A stretch of DNA of 64,000 nt from Promethearchaeota archaeon. GTDB lineage: Archaea > Asgardarchaeota > Lokiarchaeia > Sigyniarchaeales > SOKP01. Location of the stretch: contig JAEOSU010000018.1 of assembly GCA_016840165.1 (NCBI GenBank), positions 1-64,000 of the forward strand, read 5' to 3'. The notes under the pieces are model-generated. The model saw only the letters and a program-made list of their open reading frames with translations, was not told the DNA's origin and ran no database searches. Position numbers and translations under genes: made by a program. The first letter of the stretch is position 1. Each line of letters starts with the position of its first letter. Positions 1-10,176 of this stretch are shown here, piece by piece.

Positions 1-5
1 AAAAA

Positions 6-299
6 ATGGCTGTTTTCATAGTTCTTGGTAGTTTTACTCAAGAGGGGATTACGAATATTAAAGATTCTCCAAATCGGCTTGAAGCTGCTAAAAGTGTAGC
101 TGAATCAGTTGGAGGAGCCATTAAAGAATTTTATTATACGATGGGACGCTATGATTTCGTTGCGATAACTGAGGCTCCAAGTTACGAAGCGATGATGAGA
201 GCTCTTTTTATTGTGGGTGCTACAGGCGCAGTAAGGACAGAAACGCTACAGGCAATCCCTGTAGAAAAAGTAGTTGATATAATTAAGGAACTTCCTTAA
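6..299 (+). CDS. GYD domain protein
   Basis: 97 aa, FTQEG...YYTMGRYDFVAITEAP...VRTETL pattern of the GYD family. Confidence 0.85.
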   Translation: MAVFIVLGSFTQEGITNIKDSPNRLEAAKSVAESVGGAIKEFYYTMGRYDFVAITEAPSYEAMMRALFIVGATGAVRTETLQAIPVEKVVDIIKELP

Positions 300-603
300 A
301 AAGTTTCACCAGAATATTCAATCTTTTTTTTTATAATTTTTCATAATTATAACGATTTTTTTCTGACACAATAAACTTTATATATAAATTTGATTTGTGA
401 TAAAAAGTAGCATTCTAGATATTTAACATTTGGTTTAAATGTTAATTACACATAAATAGATTCAGTATCAAGTCCCTAGTTCTTGTATAGATTTTTCCAT
501 AGAATTTTCATTGAAATCAGACCTTGAATTTACCTTTTATAACAATTAGTTTTTTTTAGAAAAGAATATTAACAAAATTAATTTACTTAGATTTGAATAA
601 CTC

Positions 604-852
604 ATGTGTCTCGCCATTCCAGGAAAAATTCTAGAAATTAATAAAGATGGCACTTCAGCCTTAGTTGATTTTGATGGGTTACAGCAAAATGTAATTATTG
701 CTTTATTATTGAACCCCCAGGTGGGAAACTATGTTGTTGTTCACGCGGGGTATGCGATCGAACAAATGAATGAAAAAGAAGCGCTTGAAGCCATTAAGCA
801 ATGGAAAGAGATAGCTGAAGATCAAGAACTAAATCTTACAGATATGCTATAA
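604..852 (+). CDS. hypC: HypC/HupF hydrogenase maturation chaperone
   Basis: N-terminal MCLAIPGK and VGNYVVVHAGYAI signatures. Confidence 0.95.
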   Translation: MCLAIPGKILEINKDGTSALVDFDGLQQNVIIALLLNPQVGNYVVVHAGYAIEQMNEKEALEAIKQWKEIAEDQELNLTDML

Positions 853-866
853 TATATAATAAAAAG

Positions 867-1052
867 CTATTTCTTCTTCTTATTCGAAGAAGCTAAGACT
901 ATATATTCAGCATTAAAGAAAACTGTTAAACCTAAGAACCCCAGGATTAATAAATTTAAGAGCACGTGAGGATTGCCAAGAAGATTAAACAGAATTGCGA
1001 TGACTAAACATAACATTCCCGCTGCCAATAAATTCTCTTTTCTTTTAACCAT
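867..1052 (-). CDS. small two-TM membrane protein
   Basis: Two hydrophobic helices and a basic tail. A GGAGGTGA Shine-Dalgarno at 1058-1065 favours ATG 1052 over GTG 1061. Confidence 0.6.
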   Translation of the reverse strand: MVKRKENLLAAGMLCLVIAILFNLLGNPHVLLNLLILGFLGLTVFFNAEYIVLASSNKKKK

Positions 1053-1142
1053 TAATCTCACCTCCTTTTATTCTTAATTCTAATCCTTTTTTAATTTAAA
1101 TTCCCTCAAAGACTAGAAATAAGATTTAGGTATTTAGAAGAG

Positions 1143-1163
1143 ATCTATATAGACTATATAGAT
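1143..1163. promoter_or_regulatory. perfect 21-bp palindrome ATCTATATAG-A-CTATATAGAT, putative operator
   Basis: 10-bp arms with a 1-nt spacer, between a minus-strand TATA-like TTATATAT (about 1175-1182) and the 867..1052 gene. Confidence 0.45.
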
Positions 1164-1201
1164 GATTACTTAAAATATATAAGAAAGGTGATTTAACCAA
1201 T

Positions 1202-2005
1202 TCAAATATCAAAAAGCTCAACTTTAAGTTGTTTTAATTTTGAATAGAGAGAAATCAATGATTTCACTGCTTTACTATCTGGATTATAATCGATAGGTGA
1301 GACGCCTTCGAGATCTGCCTTTCCTATTACAGAATCATAGGGGATAGAATGGTAAAGTGGGATATTCCACTCATTTATTCGCTCATTTATTATATCAGTT
1401 TGAGATTCATCAATCACTTTATTTGCAATTAAGTAGATATTAATTACACCCAACTTTTTTGATAAATCAATGACTTTGTGGCAGAGATCAAGAGATTTCT
1501 GTGAAGGTTCGGCGATTACTAACATTACATCAATTCCTTTCGCAGTTCCCCGACCCAAGTGTTCGAGTCCAGCTTCAAAATCTACAACGATTACCTCATC
1601 ACGTTTCACTAATAAATTATGTAAAAGAGTACGAATTAACGCATTCTCGGGACATAAACATCCTGTTGCTGGTTCTTCGATTCCTCCTAGTACAAGTAAT
1701 TGCAAACCATCAGGACCAGAGACCTTATATTTATCCGGAATATCAGAAACTCGAGGGTTTATATTATAAACACCAGGTCCTGCTCCAGGAACATTAGTAC
1801 GTTTCTCTATCATTTTTTTCATTTCGGATATAGGTACAATTTTTTCTTTGACTTCATTGTCAATACCTAGAGTATAGCTTAGATTCATCGCTGAATCATT
1901 ATCGATTGCGAGAACTTTAAATCCATCTTTCGCAAATAGCCTCGATAAGGTGCCTGCGATTAAAGTTTTTCCTACACCCCCTTTTCCAGCCACAGCGATC
2001 TTCAT
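1202..2005 (-). CDS. cooC: CooC/AcsF nickel-insertion ATPase (CODH/ACS maturation)
   Basis: Deviant Walker A GKGGVGKT, Ni-binding GCLCP, DFEAGLEHLGRG. Confidence 0.92.
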   Translation of the reverse strand: MKIAVAGKGGVGKTLIAGTLSRLFAKDGFKVLAIDNDSAMNLSYTLGIDNEVKEKIVPISEMKKMIEKRTNVPGAGPGVYNINPRVSDIPDKYKVSGPDGLQLLVLGGIEEPATGCLCPENALIRTLLHNLLVKRDEVIVVDFEAGLEHLGRGTAKGIDVMLVIAEPSQKSLDLCHKVIDLSKKLGVINIYLIANKVIDESQTDIINERINEWNIPLYHSIPYDSVIGKADLEGVSPIDYNPDSKAVKSLISLYSKLKQLKVELFDI

Positions 2006-2127
2006 AATATGAGTAATAAATTATTGTACTAAAGATAAATATTTAGATTTGAAATCGTAATTTATTAACTGAGGTTGTTTTAGTTTAATAAGTAATTTTT
2101 AGATTAATTTATAAGATATTATGAGAC

Positions 2128-2862
2128 ATGAAAAAGACTGAGTATAAAGATCTTTTACGAGATGATTTAGATTTTGAAGAAGCAAAAAAGATTCAGATAA
2201 ATTTATCTTATGAAATATCGAAATTAGACTTAAATAAAGAGAATTTAAGGCAAGAAGATTGTAAAATAGTAGTTGGAGCAGATGTACACTATTATAGAAA
2301 AGAACAGGTTGAATGGGGAATCGCTTGTGCTGTTTTTTGGGACACTGAGAAGAAAAGAATAATTGAAACCTCCTTTGCGAAGATGAAAATAAAGATACCT
2401 TATAAACCGGGATTTTTAGGTTTCCGAGAAGCAAAGATTATAAACCAAGCGATTCAAGATTGTAAAATCAATGCAGATCTTTTAATGTGTGATGGGCATG
2501 GAATAATCCATCCCAGAAATTTTGGTGAAGCGGTTCATTTAGGTTTAGCATTAAATTTACCCTCTTTAGGAGTTGCTAAGAATCCCTTTGTCGGTTTTTC
2601 CAACTGGAAGGCTTTAAATAGAAAAAAAGGTGAAAAATCTCCGATTTGGTTGAAAGATCCTAATTCAAATGATTTAAATAATAGAATAATCGGCTATGCC
2701 ATATGCTTAGCGGATTCTAAAAAGCCAGTATTCGTAAGCATAGGATTTAAGGTTTCTTTAGAAGCAGTTATAGAAATCGCATTAACGACTACATTACGTC
2801 ATAGGCAACCCGAACCACTCTTTCTTGCAGATAAATATGCCAAAGCGTTCAAAGATAAATAA
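2128..2862 (+). CDS. nfi: endonuclease V
   Basis: GADV, PYKPGFLGFRE wedge motif, CDGHGIIHPR, GVAK, PEPL..AD. Confidence 0.93.
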   Translation: MKKTEYKDLLRDDLDFEEAKKIQINLSYEISKLDLNKENLRQEDCKIVVGADVHYYRKEQVEWGIACAVFWDTEKKRIIETSFAKMKIKIPYKPGFLGFREAKIINQAIQDCKINADLLMCDGHGIIHPRNFGEAVHLGLALNLPSLGVAKNPFVGFSNWKALNRKKGEKSPIWLKDPNSNDLNNRIIGYAICLADSKKPVFVSIGFKVSLEAVIEIALTTTLRHRQPEPLFLADKYAKAFKDK

Positions 2863-2864
2863 CT

Positions 2865-3125
2865 TTAATCAAGATTTGTCATGTATTGCATCTTTTTTGA
2901 AATTCTCATCATTTCATCGAATATTTTGTCATTCTCTTCTGGATCCTTGCATACAACGAGTTTCTCATTCAATCTCTTAATCTTTAAAATTGACTCGTTG
3001 AATTCCTTAGGAGTTTTGATTCGATAATAGTATTCTTTTTCTCCGTCTCCATTTATCTTAATGAAAACCCATTTTCGATCTTGTTGTGACCAATTCCATC
3101 TGTTTGGCGTTAATTCCCGTGCCAT
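2865..3125 (-). CDS. hypothetical protein
   Basis: 86-aa ORF with ATG and upstream GAGG filling the intergenic space. Confidence 0.6.
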   Translation of the reverse strand: MARELTPNRWNWSQQDRKWVFIKINGDGEKEYYYRIKTPKEFNESILKIKRLNEKLVVCKDPEENDKIFDEMMRISKKMQYMTNLD

Positions 3126-3262
3126 ACCTCAACCTTTAGTTCTTTAATTGCTATGGAAGTTATGACCTCTTAATAGTAAATAAAAATATTGAAGTTTTAT
3201 TTATGGTTTTATTGAAGAGATATTAACACACTAATATAAAAAGGAAAAAAAAGAAAAATTTT

Positions 3263-4534
3263 CTAAGCTTTTTTGCGGTATTCTTTGGCAAGCAAAATCG
3301 GGATTAGAGCTAGAATCATCATCAATGAGGCTATCATGAATAATAAAGCTGGTGGAATCGATCCTGGGACTCCCTCCGGCGATGTGTAAGGAGTACCAAA
3401 TATACCAGCAATAAAACCTCCTAATAATGATCCAATTGTCATTCCCCCTAGAATAGTAAATAACAAGTAATATCCATGGGTTTGACCGCGTTTATCTTCT
3501 GGATAAAGATCTTTTAACCACGTTCTTGTAGCTACATTAAATGAAATCATGCCGAATACCCATAACGATGATGTAAATGCGATATAGGCGAAATCTTCAA
3601 TTCCACGACTAAATGAAAAAAAGAATAGACCAATAATTTCTATAATAACTGCTCCGATTGCAACTTTTTTCCTTCCAATCTTATCTACAACAATACCCAT
3701 CGGTACTGCAAGAATAATCGATATCAATAATGCGATGAATATCAAAATCGATGCTTCAAAAGTAGGAATGCTTAACCCGTATTCCAAATAGATTATGATA
3801 AATGGAAAAAATACGTTAAAGGCAATCCAAAAAAAAGCTCCACTTACTTGTATTTTAGTAAAGTCATGGTTCTCCCTTAAAATTTTAAAACTAAATGCTT
3901 CTTTGATCGTATTCCAATATCCTATTTCATTTGGGACTAAATTCTCTGGTTCGGGAGTAATTAAGGCACCAGGTATACCTAATATTGCGACAATCCCTGC
4001 AATCAAAAAGAAAAAATTATAAAAATTAATGGCCTCAATGATATAACCTGATAAAGCATAAACTATCAATAACGCGACCAAAAACATTAATTCTTTTATT
4101 GAACTAAGTCTGCCACGATTTTCCTGTATAGTTACATCAGTAACGTAGGCGTTTAATACTGCATCATTTGCCATTGCTCCAAAAAAAGACATTATACTGT
4201 CGAAAAGAATAGCAATTGAGACTGCCAAAACTACTGGTTGCAATAGTCCTGCTAAGGGAAAAATTGCAGTTGTAATAACCCAAAATGCATATCCAACTAT
4301 TAAAAAGATTCTACGTTTGGCTTTAATGTCACTATAAGCCCCTAGGAAGAAAGTAGTAAAAGTTGAAACTGCTGCAGTTATTGATACCATCAATGATACA
4401 TAGAGAGGAACTGGGGCAATCTGACTGTATATGAATACATTAAAATATTGATTCTCTACTGCCCAGGCAATTTCTCCGGAAAGAGTTAAAAGAACGACTC
4501 CCAATATGACTCTTCTTGGTATTTTTTGACTCAT
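3263..4534 (-). CDS. MFS transporter
   Basis: About 12 TM helices, motif A variants GAYSDIKAKRR and GIVVDKIGRK. Confidence 0.9.
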   Translation of the reverse strand: MSQKIPRRVILGVVLLTLSGEIAWAVENQYFNVFIYSQIAPVPLYVSLMVSITAAVSTFTTFFLGAYSDIKAKRRIFLIVGYAFWVITTAIFPLAGLLQPVVLAVSIAILFDSIMSFFGAMANDAVLNAYVTDVTIQENRGRLSSIKELMFLVALLIVYALSGYIIEAINFYNFFFLIAGIVAILGIPGALITPEPENLVPNEIGYWNTIKEAFSFKILRENHDFTKIQVSGAFFWIAFNVFFPFIIIYLEYGLSIPTFEASILIFIALLISIILAVPMGIVVDKIGRKKVAIGAVIIEIIGLFFFSFSRGIEDFAYIAFTSSLWVFGMISFNVATRTWLKDLYPEDKRGQTHGYYLLFTILGGMTIGSLLGGFIAGIFGTPYTSPEGVPGSIPPALLFMIASLMMILALIPILLAKEYRKKA

Positions 4535-4661
4535 TATTTAACCGGTAAAAATAGTTAAAGGGAAAAAATATTCTCTTTTCATTTAAGTTTTTTGAATTGA
4601 ACATTACTTTCTTTATCGATTAAATAAAATTTGATAAATCTACCGAAAAAAAACGTTGTAT

Positions 4662-6065
4662 TTAATTCGATCGAGAAAGTATTTTATCTGCTGAATCCCT
4701 AACATCGGGATCTTTATCTTTCATTAGAATTTCTAAAGTATCTTTTACTTCTTCTTTATCGAATAGACTCAATGCTTTAATTAAGTAAAGTTTTACAATC
4801 CAATCATCGTCAGTTTTCATCGCTTTTAATTCATTTAGGATTTCTTTGTCTTGGATTAAACTTAGAGTTTTAATTGCATAGGTCCGTGCTTCCCTTTCAT
4901 TGCTACTTAAGTCGCGAATAAGAATGTCTTTTACTTTTAGTTTATTATCATCATCAAGAAAATCATACATAATACGAAATAAATTTGGATGAACATTTCG
5001 AATTAAATTAGGCTTTGAATTTATGGGGACTTTATCACTTCTCTCTATTTTGAGTTCTTTTTCTTTTAATTCATTCATTAATTCATTCAGTTGTTGATTT
5101 GCATTTTCGATTTTAATCAACTTTTGCTTTAACTCTTCAATTTCTTTTTCATTTTGTATTTTTAAATCTTGTTCAAGAGTATCTTTATCTTCGAGCTCAT
5201 TAGATAATTGAACATTTTGGGTTTTTAGCTTTTCAATAACATTGGTATTTATTTCAATAATATTTTTTAAATCTGAATTTTCTTCCTTCAAGCTAGTAAT
5301 AGTGTGTTCTAATTGATTAACCTTTTCTATGTCCAATCCTTGTTGGTTACCCGAGATTTTTTCTAACTTTTCTTTAAGATATTTGACTTTTTCTTGAGTG
5401 TCCTCTAATTGATGCTCATAATCTTCATTCGATTGAAAATTTTGCTCTAAATTTTTAGTTAATTCTTGGTTCAATTTTAAAACATCTTCTAAATTTGTTT
5501 TTAGATCTTGATTCTCAGCTTTTAATGATTCGATTTTAACGCTTTTAATACCACTTTCTTCAGTTAATTGGAATAATAATTTTTTAGCATCGATAAGTTG
5601 TTGATCTCGGTCGATATGATCTTCACCATTCTTTTCAGCAATGATTTCTTGCAGTTCTTCAATCTTTTGATTAAGGATTTCATTTTCTTCGGTTAACTGT
5701 ACTATTGACTTCTGTGCATAAATCAGTTCTTCATTTTCTTCCTCAAATTGTTTTGACTCTTCTAACTCCAAGGTGATATCTTCTAAGGTTTTTTTGAGAA
5801 TTTCAATATCCTTATCCTTTTTTATTAATTCCTCTCTCTGATTCAACACCATATCTTTTAATACAACTATATCCGTTGGTAAATTATTTTCCTCAAGTGA
5901 AGAAAGCTTCGCAGATTGACTTTGAATTACTTTCTTCTGCTCATTGATGGTGAAGGTTAATCTCTGTACCTCATCTTTAAGAAAATTAATCATTTTTGAT
6001 ATTTCTGAGTGAGCTCTATTACTCGAATCAATAGTATCAATTAGATCTTTCAATTCTTTGCTCAT
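4662..6065 (-). CDS. long coiled-coil protein with C-terminal HEAT repeats
   Basis: About 340 aa of E/K/Q/L heptads, then HEAT-like DDDWIVKLYLIKAL and DKDPDVRDSA. Confidence 0.75.
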   Translation of the reverse strand: MSKELKDLIDTIDSSNRAHSEISKMINFLKDEVQRLTFTINEQKKVIQSQSAKLSSLEENNLPTDIVVLKDMVLNQREELIKKDKDIEILKKTLEDITLELEESKQFEEENEELIYAQKSIVQLTEENEILNQKIEELQEIIAEKNGEDHIDRDQQLIDAKKLLFQLTEESGIKSVKIESLKAENQDLKTNLEDVLKLNQELTKNLEQNFQSNEDYEHQLEDTQEKVKYLKEKLEKISGNQQGLDIEKVNQLEHTITSLKEENSDLKNIIEINTNVIEKLKTQNVQLSNELEDKDTLEQDLKIQNEKEIEELKQKLIKIENANQQLNELMNELKEKELKIERSDKVPINSKPNLIRNVHPNLFRIMYDFLDDDNKLKVKDILIRDLSSNEREARTYAIKTLSLIQDKEILNELKAMKTDDDWIVKLYLIKALSLFDKEEVKDTLEILMKDKDPDVRDSADKILSRSN

Positions 6066-6209
6066 TTTTGTATCCTCATTCTTCTATATTAGGTATCAAA
6101 ATCCAAATTAAAAAACGTTTGTTAAATAATAATTAAAAAATATTTTTAGTTTTATGATATCTCAACTAATAATCAATATAATAAAAAAAGGGATTTAATT
6201 ATCGTATTT

Positions 6210-6686
6210 TTATAATATTTTAATTTCTTGAATTAAATCTCCTTGTTGAATTGAATCTACTACTTTCTGATCCTCGGCACTCATGACTTTTCCAAATATC
6301 GTATGCTTATTGGTTAAATGAGGTGTGGGAACATGAGTTATAAAAAATTGAGAACCATTCGTACCCGGTCCTGCATTTGCCATTGCTAAAAGTCCCGCTT
6401 TATCGAATCGTTTTCCAGATTGGAATTCATCCTTATAAGGATAAGACACTTCTTTACCTTCATAAGGAAAAGAGGTTATACCTTTATTTCTTGGCCCTCC
6501 AGTACCATTTCCAATAGGATCTCCGCCTTGGATTACAAAATTTGGAATTACTCGATGAAATGTAAGACCATTATAAAAACCTTGTCTTACCAGAAAAAGA
6601 AAACTCGCCACAGTTAAAGGAGCTTCTTGATCAAATAACGAGATATTAATAAGTCCCTTCTTAGTAATAATTTTGACGCTGGTCAT
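6210..6686 (-). CDS. cyclophilin-type peptidyl-prolyl isomerase
   Basis: FHRVIPNFVIQGGD, LAMANAGPGTNGSQFFIT. Confidence 0.96.
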   Translation of the reverse strand: MTSVKIITKKGLINISLFDQEAPLTVASFLFLVRQGFYNGLTFHRVIPNFVIQGGDPIGNGTGGPRNKGITSFPYEGKEVSYPYKDEFQSGKRFDKAGLLAMANAGPGTNGSQFFITHVPTPHLTNKHTIFGKVMSAEDQKVVDSIQQGDLIQEIKIL

Positions 6687-6821
6687 ATTCTTAGTAAATT
6701 ATTTCTTTAATATTAACGTTTGTCATATTCTAATTTGATTGCTCTCGAACAAAGTTTAAAGTTTATGATAGATATTATTTTTTATAGTTATAACATAAAA
6801 TTTTGTATCTACGATACAATT

Positions 6822-8999
6822 ATGTCTACAAATCACCAACTCTCTTATTTCTTCAATCCAAAGAGTATTGCGGTTATTGGAGCTAGCGAAACTCCCGGTA
6901 AAGTGGGATATAATGTATTAAAAAACATTATTACGTCAGGATTCACTGGAAAAATCTTTGCTATTAATCCGAAAGCAGATGAGTTAAAAAATATTTTGGA
7001 TTATCCTGCTTATAAAAGCGTTCTAGACGTTCCTGAAGAAATTGATATTGCGATTTTTGTAATACCTGCTAAACTCGTCAATCCCATCGCTGAAGAATGC
7101 GGTAAAAAAAATGTTAAAGGATTAGTAGTTATCTCTGCTGGTTTTAAAGAAGTAGGAGGAGAAGGAATAACAAGGGAACAAGAACTCGTTTCTATTGCAA
7201 GAAAGTACAATATGAGAGTAATTGGACCAAATTGTTTAGGATTTGTAGGGATCAATTATAATGGTTCATTTGCGGCAAATACTCCTAAAGAAGGAGGAAT
7301 TGCTATGGTTTCACAGTCAGGAGCAATGCTTACAGGGATGATGGATTATTCAATGGAGCAATCATTCGGCTTTTCGTGTAATATTAGTTTAGGTAATAAA
7401 GCGGATTTAGATGAGGTTGATTTCATAGAATATTTAGCGGAAGATGATGATACAAAAGTAATTTTATGTTATTTAGAAAGTATTGATAAAGGAGAGAAAT
7501 TCTTAAAAGTAGTACCTTTCGCTGCTCGCAAAAAGCCAATTATTATATTAAAAGCAGGAATAAGTGAAGCTGGAGCAAGGGCTGCATCTAGTCATACAGG
7601 AGCCTTAGCTGGGGCTGATATCGCCTATGAATTATCATTTAAAAAAAGTGGAGTTATTCGAGCTAAAACCATCTCTGATCTATTTGACTATGGAGAAGTC
7701 TTTCTCTATCAACCTATTCCAAAAGATAATTCATTTGCAATCATTACCAATGCTGGCGGTCCTGGAATCGTAGCTACTGACGCTTTTGAAAAAGAGGGTT
7801 TAAAATTTACATCGTTTTCAGAGTCAATACTTCATCTCTTGCGTGAAAATCTTCCAAAAGAAGCTGCAATTTTTAATCCAGTGGATATTATAGGAGACGC
7901 ATCACCTCAACGGTATGCATTTACTATTAATACCATTTTTGGATTAAATCATTCTGATACCGGCAAAACAAATAGCAAAAAGGAAGTAACCACCCAAGGT
8001 GCATTGATTATTATGAGCCCACAAGCACAAACTCACCCAAACGAAGTAGTAAAATTGATTCACGCTATTAGCTCGGAAAAGTTACAAGATAAACCCATAT
8101 TATGTTCTCTTATTGGAGGAGTCTCTATCCATGAGGCTACGAAATATTTGAATGATCATCATATACCATGTTATCCATTTCCGGAAAGAGCTGCTCAATC
8201 GTTAAAAGCATTAGTGGATTATAGCAACTTTCTTAAAACAAAACAGATTGAATCTCGAGAAATACCAAGATTTAAGGTTGATAAAGATAAAGTTACATCA
8301 ATTTTTGCTAATGCCAGAGACGATGGAAGAACAGTACTATTAAGTTATGAGACTAGTGAAGTATTTGAAAGGTATGGAATTCGGTCTCCAAAAACACGAT
8401 TAGCAAAAACTCCACGAGAGGCAATGAAATATCAAGAGGAAATTGGAAAAGTAGTTATGAAGATTGTCTCGCCTCAGATCATCCATAAGACGGATGTAGG
8501 AGGAATTATCCTTGATATCAACACTCCAGGAGAAGCCTTCGAGGCATATATCCAGATTGTTGATAATACTAAAAAATTCGGTCCACAAATAGCTAAGGTG
8601 TATGGTGTTGAAATTCAAGAAATGATTGACTTTAGGAAAGAAAAGAAAGTAAACGAGTTAATTATCGGAATGTCAAGGGATCCACAATTTGGGCCATTAT
8701 TAATGGTGGGATCAGGAGGAATCTACGCGAATTTTCTTAAGGATGTTTCCTTTGCATTATCCTATAATTTCACTGAGGCTGATGCTAAAGAAATGCTCCA
8801 AAAGACCAAAATCTTTAGTTTATTACAAGGAGTTCGTGGAGAAAGTGCCTCAGATATTGATTCTATCCTAGAGGTGCTTTTAAGACTTTCTCAATTAGTA
8901 AACGATTTTCCAGAGATCGTCGAATTAGATATAAATCCTTTGCTCAGTTTTATCAAGGGATATTCTGCAGTGGATATTAAAATTACTATATCGCGTTAA
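6822..8999 (+). CDS. ADP-forming acetate/acyl-CoA ligase, fused alpha-beta
   Basis: PKSIAVIGAS, GPNCLG, SQSG, phospho-His SHTGALAG, ATP-grasp HKTDVGG and ELDINP. Start moved to ATG 6822 where homology begins. Confidence 0.92.
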   Translation: MSTNHQLSYFFNPKSIAVIGASETPGKVGYNVLKNIITSGFTGKIFAINPKADELKNILDYPAYKSVLDVPEEIDIAIFVIPAKLVNPIAEECGKKNVKGLVVISAGFKEVGGEGITREQELVSIARKYNMRVIGPNCLGFVGINYNGSFAANTPKEGGIAMVSQSGAMLTGMMDYSMEQSFGFSCNISLGNKADLDEVDFIEYLAEDDDTKVILCYLESIDKGEKFLKVVPFAARKKPIIILKAGISEAGARAASSHTGALAGADIAYELSFKKSGVIRAKTISDLFDYGEVFLYQPIPKDNSFAIITNAGGPGIVATDAFEKEGLKFTSFSESILHLLRENLPKEAAIFNPVDIIGDASPQRYAFTINTIFGLNHSDTGKTNSKKEVTTQGALIIMSPQAQTHPNEVVKLIHAISSEKLQDKPILCSLIGGVSIHEATKYLNDHHIPCYPFPERAAQSLKALVDYSNFLKTKQIESREIPRFKVDKDKVTSIFANARDDGRTVLLSYETSEVFERYGIRSPKTRLAKTPREAMKYQEEIGKVVMKIVSPQIIHKTDVGGIILDINTPGEAFEAYIQIVDNTKKFGPQIAKVYGVEIQEMIDFRKEKKVNELIIGMSRDPQFGPLLMVGSGGIYANFLKDVSFALSYNFTEADAKEMLQKTKIFSLLQGVRGESASDIDSILEVLLRLSQLVNDFPEIVELDINPLLSFIKGYSAVDIKITISR

Positions 9000-9068
9000 T
9001 TAATAATCAGAAATTATAAAAAATTATAAAAATATATTAACAATTGAAATAATAGGAAGAAGAAAAAA

Positions 9069-10133
9069 ATGGTTAAACCAATATATTTATGTTCCTTGCG
9101 AGAAAGAGTTGGAAAGTCTTTACTCTCAATTGGAATTATGTTAAAACTCCAAGAAGAAGGCAAAAAAGCAGCATACTTTAAACCCATTGGAATACCAATG
9201 GGTGCCTATAGTAACAAGGCAGATAGGGATGTAGGGTTCATACAGAAAACAATCTTTCAAACTACGCTTCCGTATGATATTATTAATCCTATTTCAATCC
9301 CAGACTGCTATTATGTAGACTTAATCGATTCTGCTAAGAAGGAGGATAATTTAGAGAAGATTAAGAAAGCTTATGATGAAATACAGAAAGACTATGATTA
9401 TGTCGTTATTGAAGGGGCTCCAAGCATAAAAAGATACATTAGAGTTGGTTTGGATGATTTAACTATTGCTCAAAAGCTTGGAATAGAGGAACTGGTATAT
9501 ATTCAAACTGAATCATCAGATAAATGTATAGATGACTTATTTTTCACCAAAAAGTATTTTGAATTTCGAGATATGAAGTTTAAAGGAGTCATTTTCAATA
9601 AAATCGATTTCGAATATAAAGCACGAATTAGAGAATTAGAAGAAGGTCATATCAAACGTTATAATATTCCCATTATAGGACTTATTGAAAAAAGCCTAGA
9701 ATTATTGAGTCCACGAGTCTCTGAAATTCAACAGGCTATTGGTGGAGAATTGATAAATGAACCCGCAATAAGTGGTTTAGACAAAACCGTTGAGACATAC
9801 TTAATTGCTGCTATGAATCTTCAAGCAGCTTTAAAGTACTTACGATCAATGAAATCTGCAGCTGTTATTACAGGGGGTGACAGAACAGAAATCGCACTTG
9901 CTGCTTTGAATGAAGATATTTCCGTCTTAGTTTTAACAGGGTTTATTCAACCTGATGTGGCAGTCATTTCATTGGCTAATGAAAAGAAAATCCCGATTCT
10001 TTTGAGTCCCTCAGATACATATACCACCATGCGAAACATGGAACGAGTTAAACCTGGAATTCAAGAGCAAGAAATACACTTAGCTCTAAACATTGTAAAA
10101 GAACATTTAGACTGGGAACTACTACTAAAATAA
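9069..10133 (+). CDS. phosphotransacetylase N-terminal-like (BioD-like plus DRTGG) protein
   Basis: VGKS, YFKPIG, VIEG, ITGGDRTEI. No PTA catalytic domain. Directly follows the ACD gene. Confidence 0.85.
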   Translation: MVKPIYLCSLRERVGKSLLSIGIMLKLQEEGKKAAYFKPIGIPMGAYSNKADRDVGFIQKTIFQTTLPYDIINPISIPDCYYVDLIDSAKKEDNLEKIKKAYDEIQKDYDYVVIEGAPSIKRYIRVGLDDLTIAQKLGIEELVYIQTESSDKCIDDLFFTKKYFEFRDMKFKGVIFNKIDFEYKARIRELEEGHIKRYNIPIIGLIEKSLELLSPRVSEIQQAIGGELINEPAISGLDKTVETYLIAAMNLQAALKYLRSMKSAAVITGGDRTEIALAALNEDISVLVLTGFIQPDVAVISLANEKKIPILLSPSDTYTTMRNMERVKPGIQEQEIHLALNIVKEHLDWELLLK

Positions 10134-10176
10134 AAAAAAGTATTCTGATTTTATTATTTGATTCCTTTTATATCAG

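Noticed and set aside
6720-6821. N-terminal extension of the ACD ORF (and similarly 38380-38457 for the NrdD-like ORF)
   Set aside because: AT-rich promoter-like sequence read from an upstream alternative start. Homology begins at the downstream ATG.
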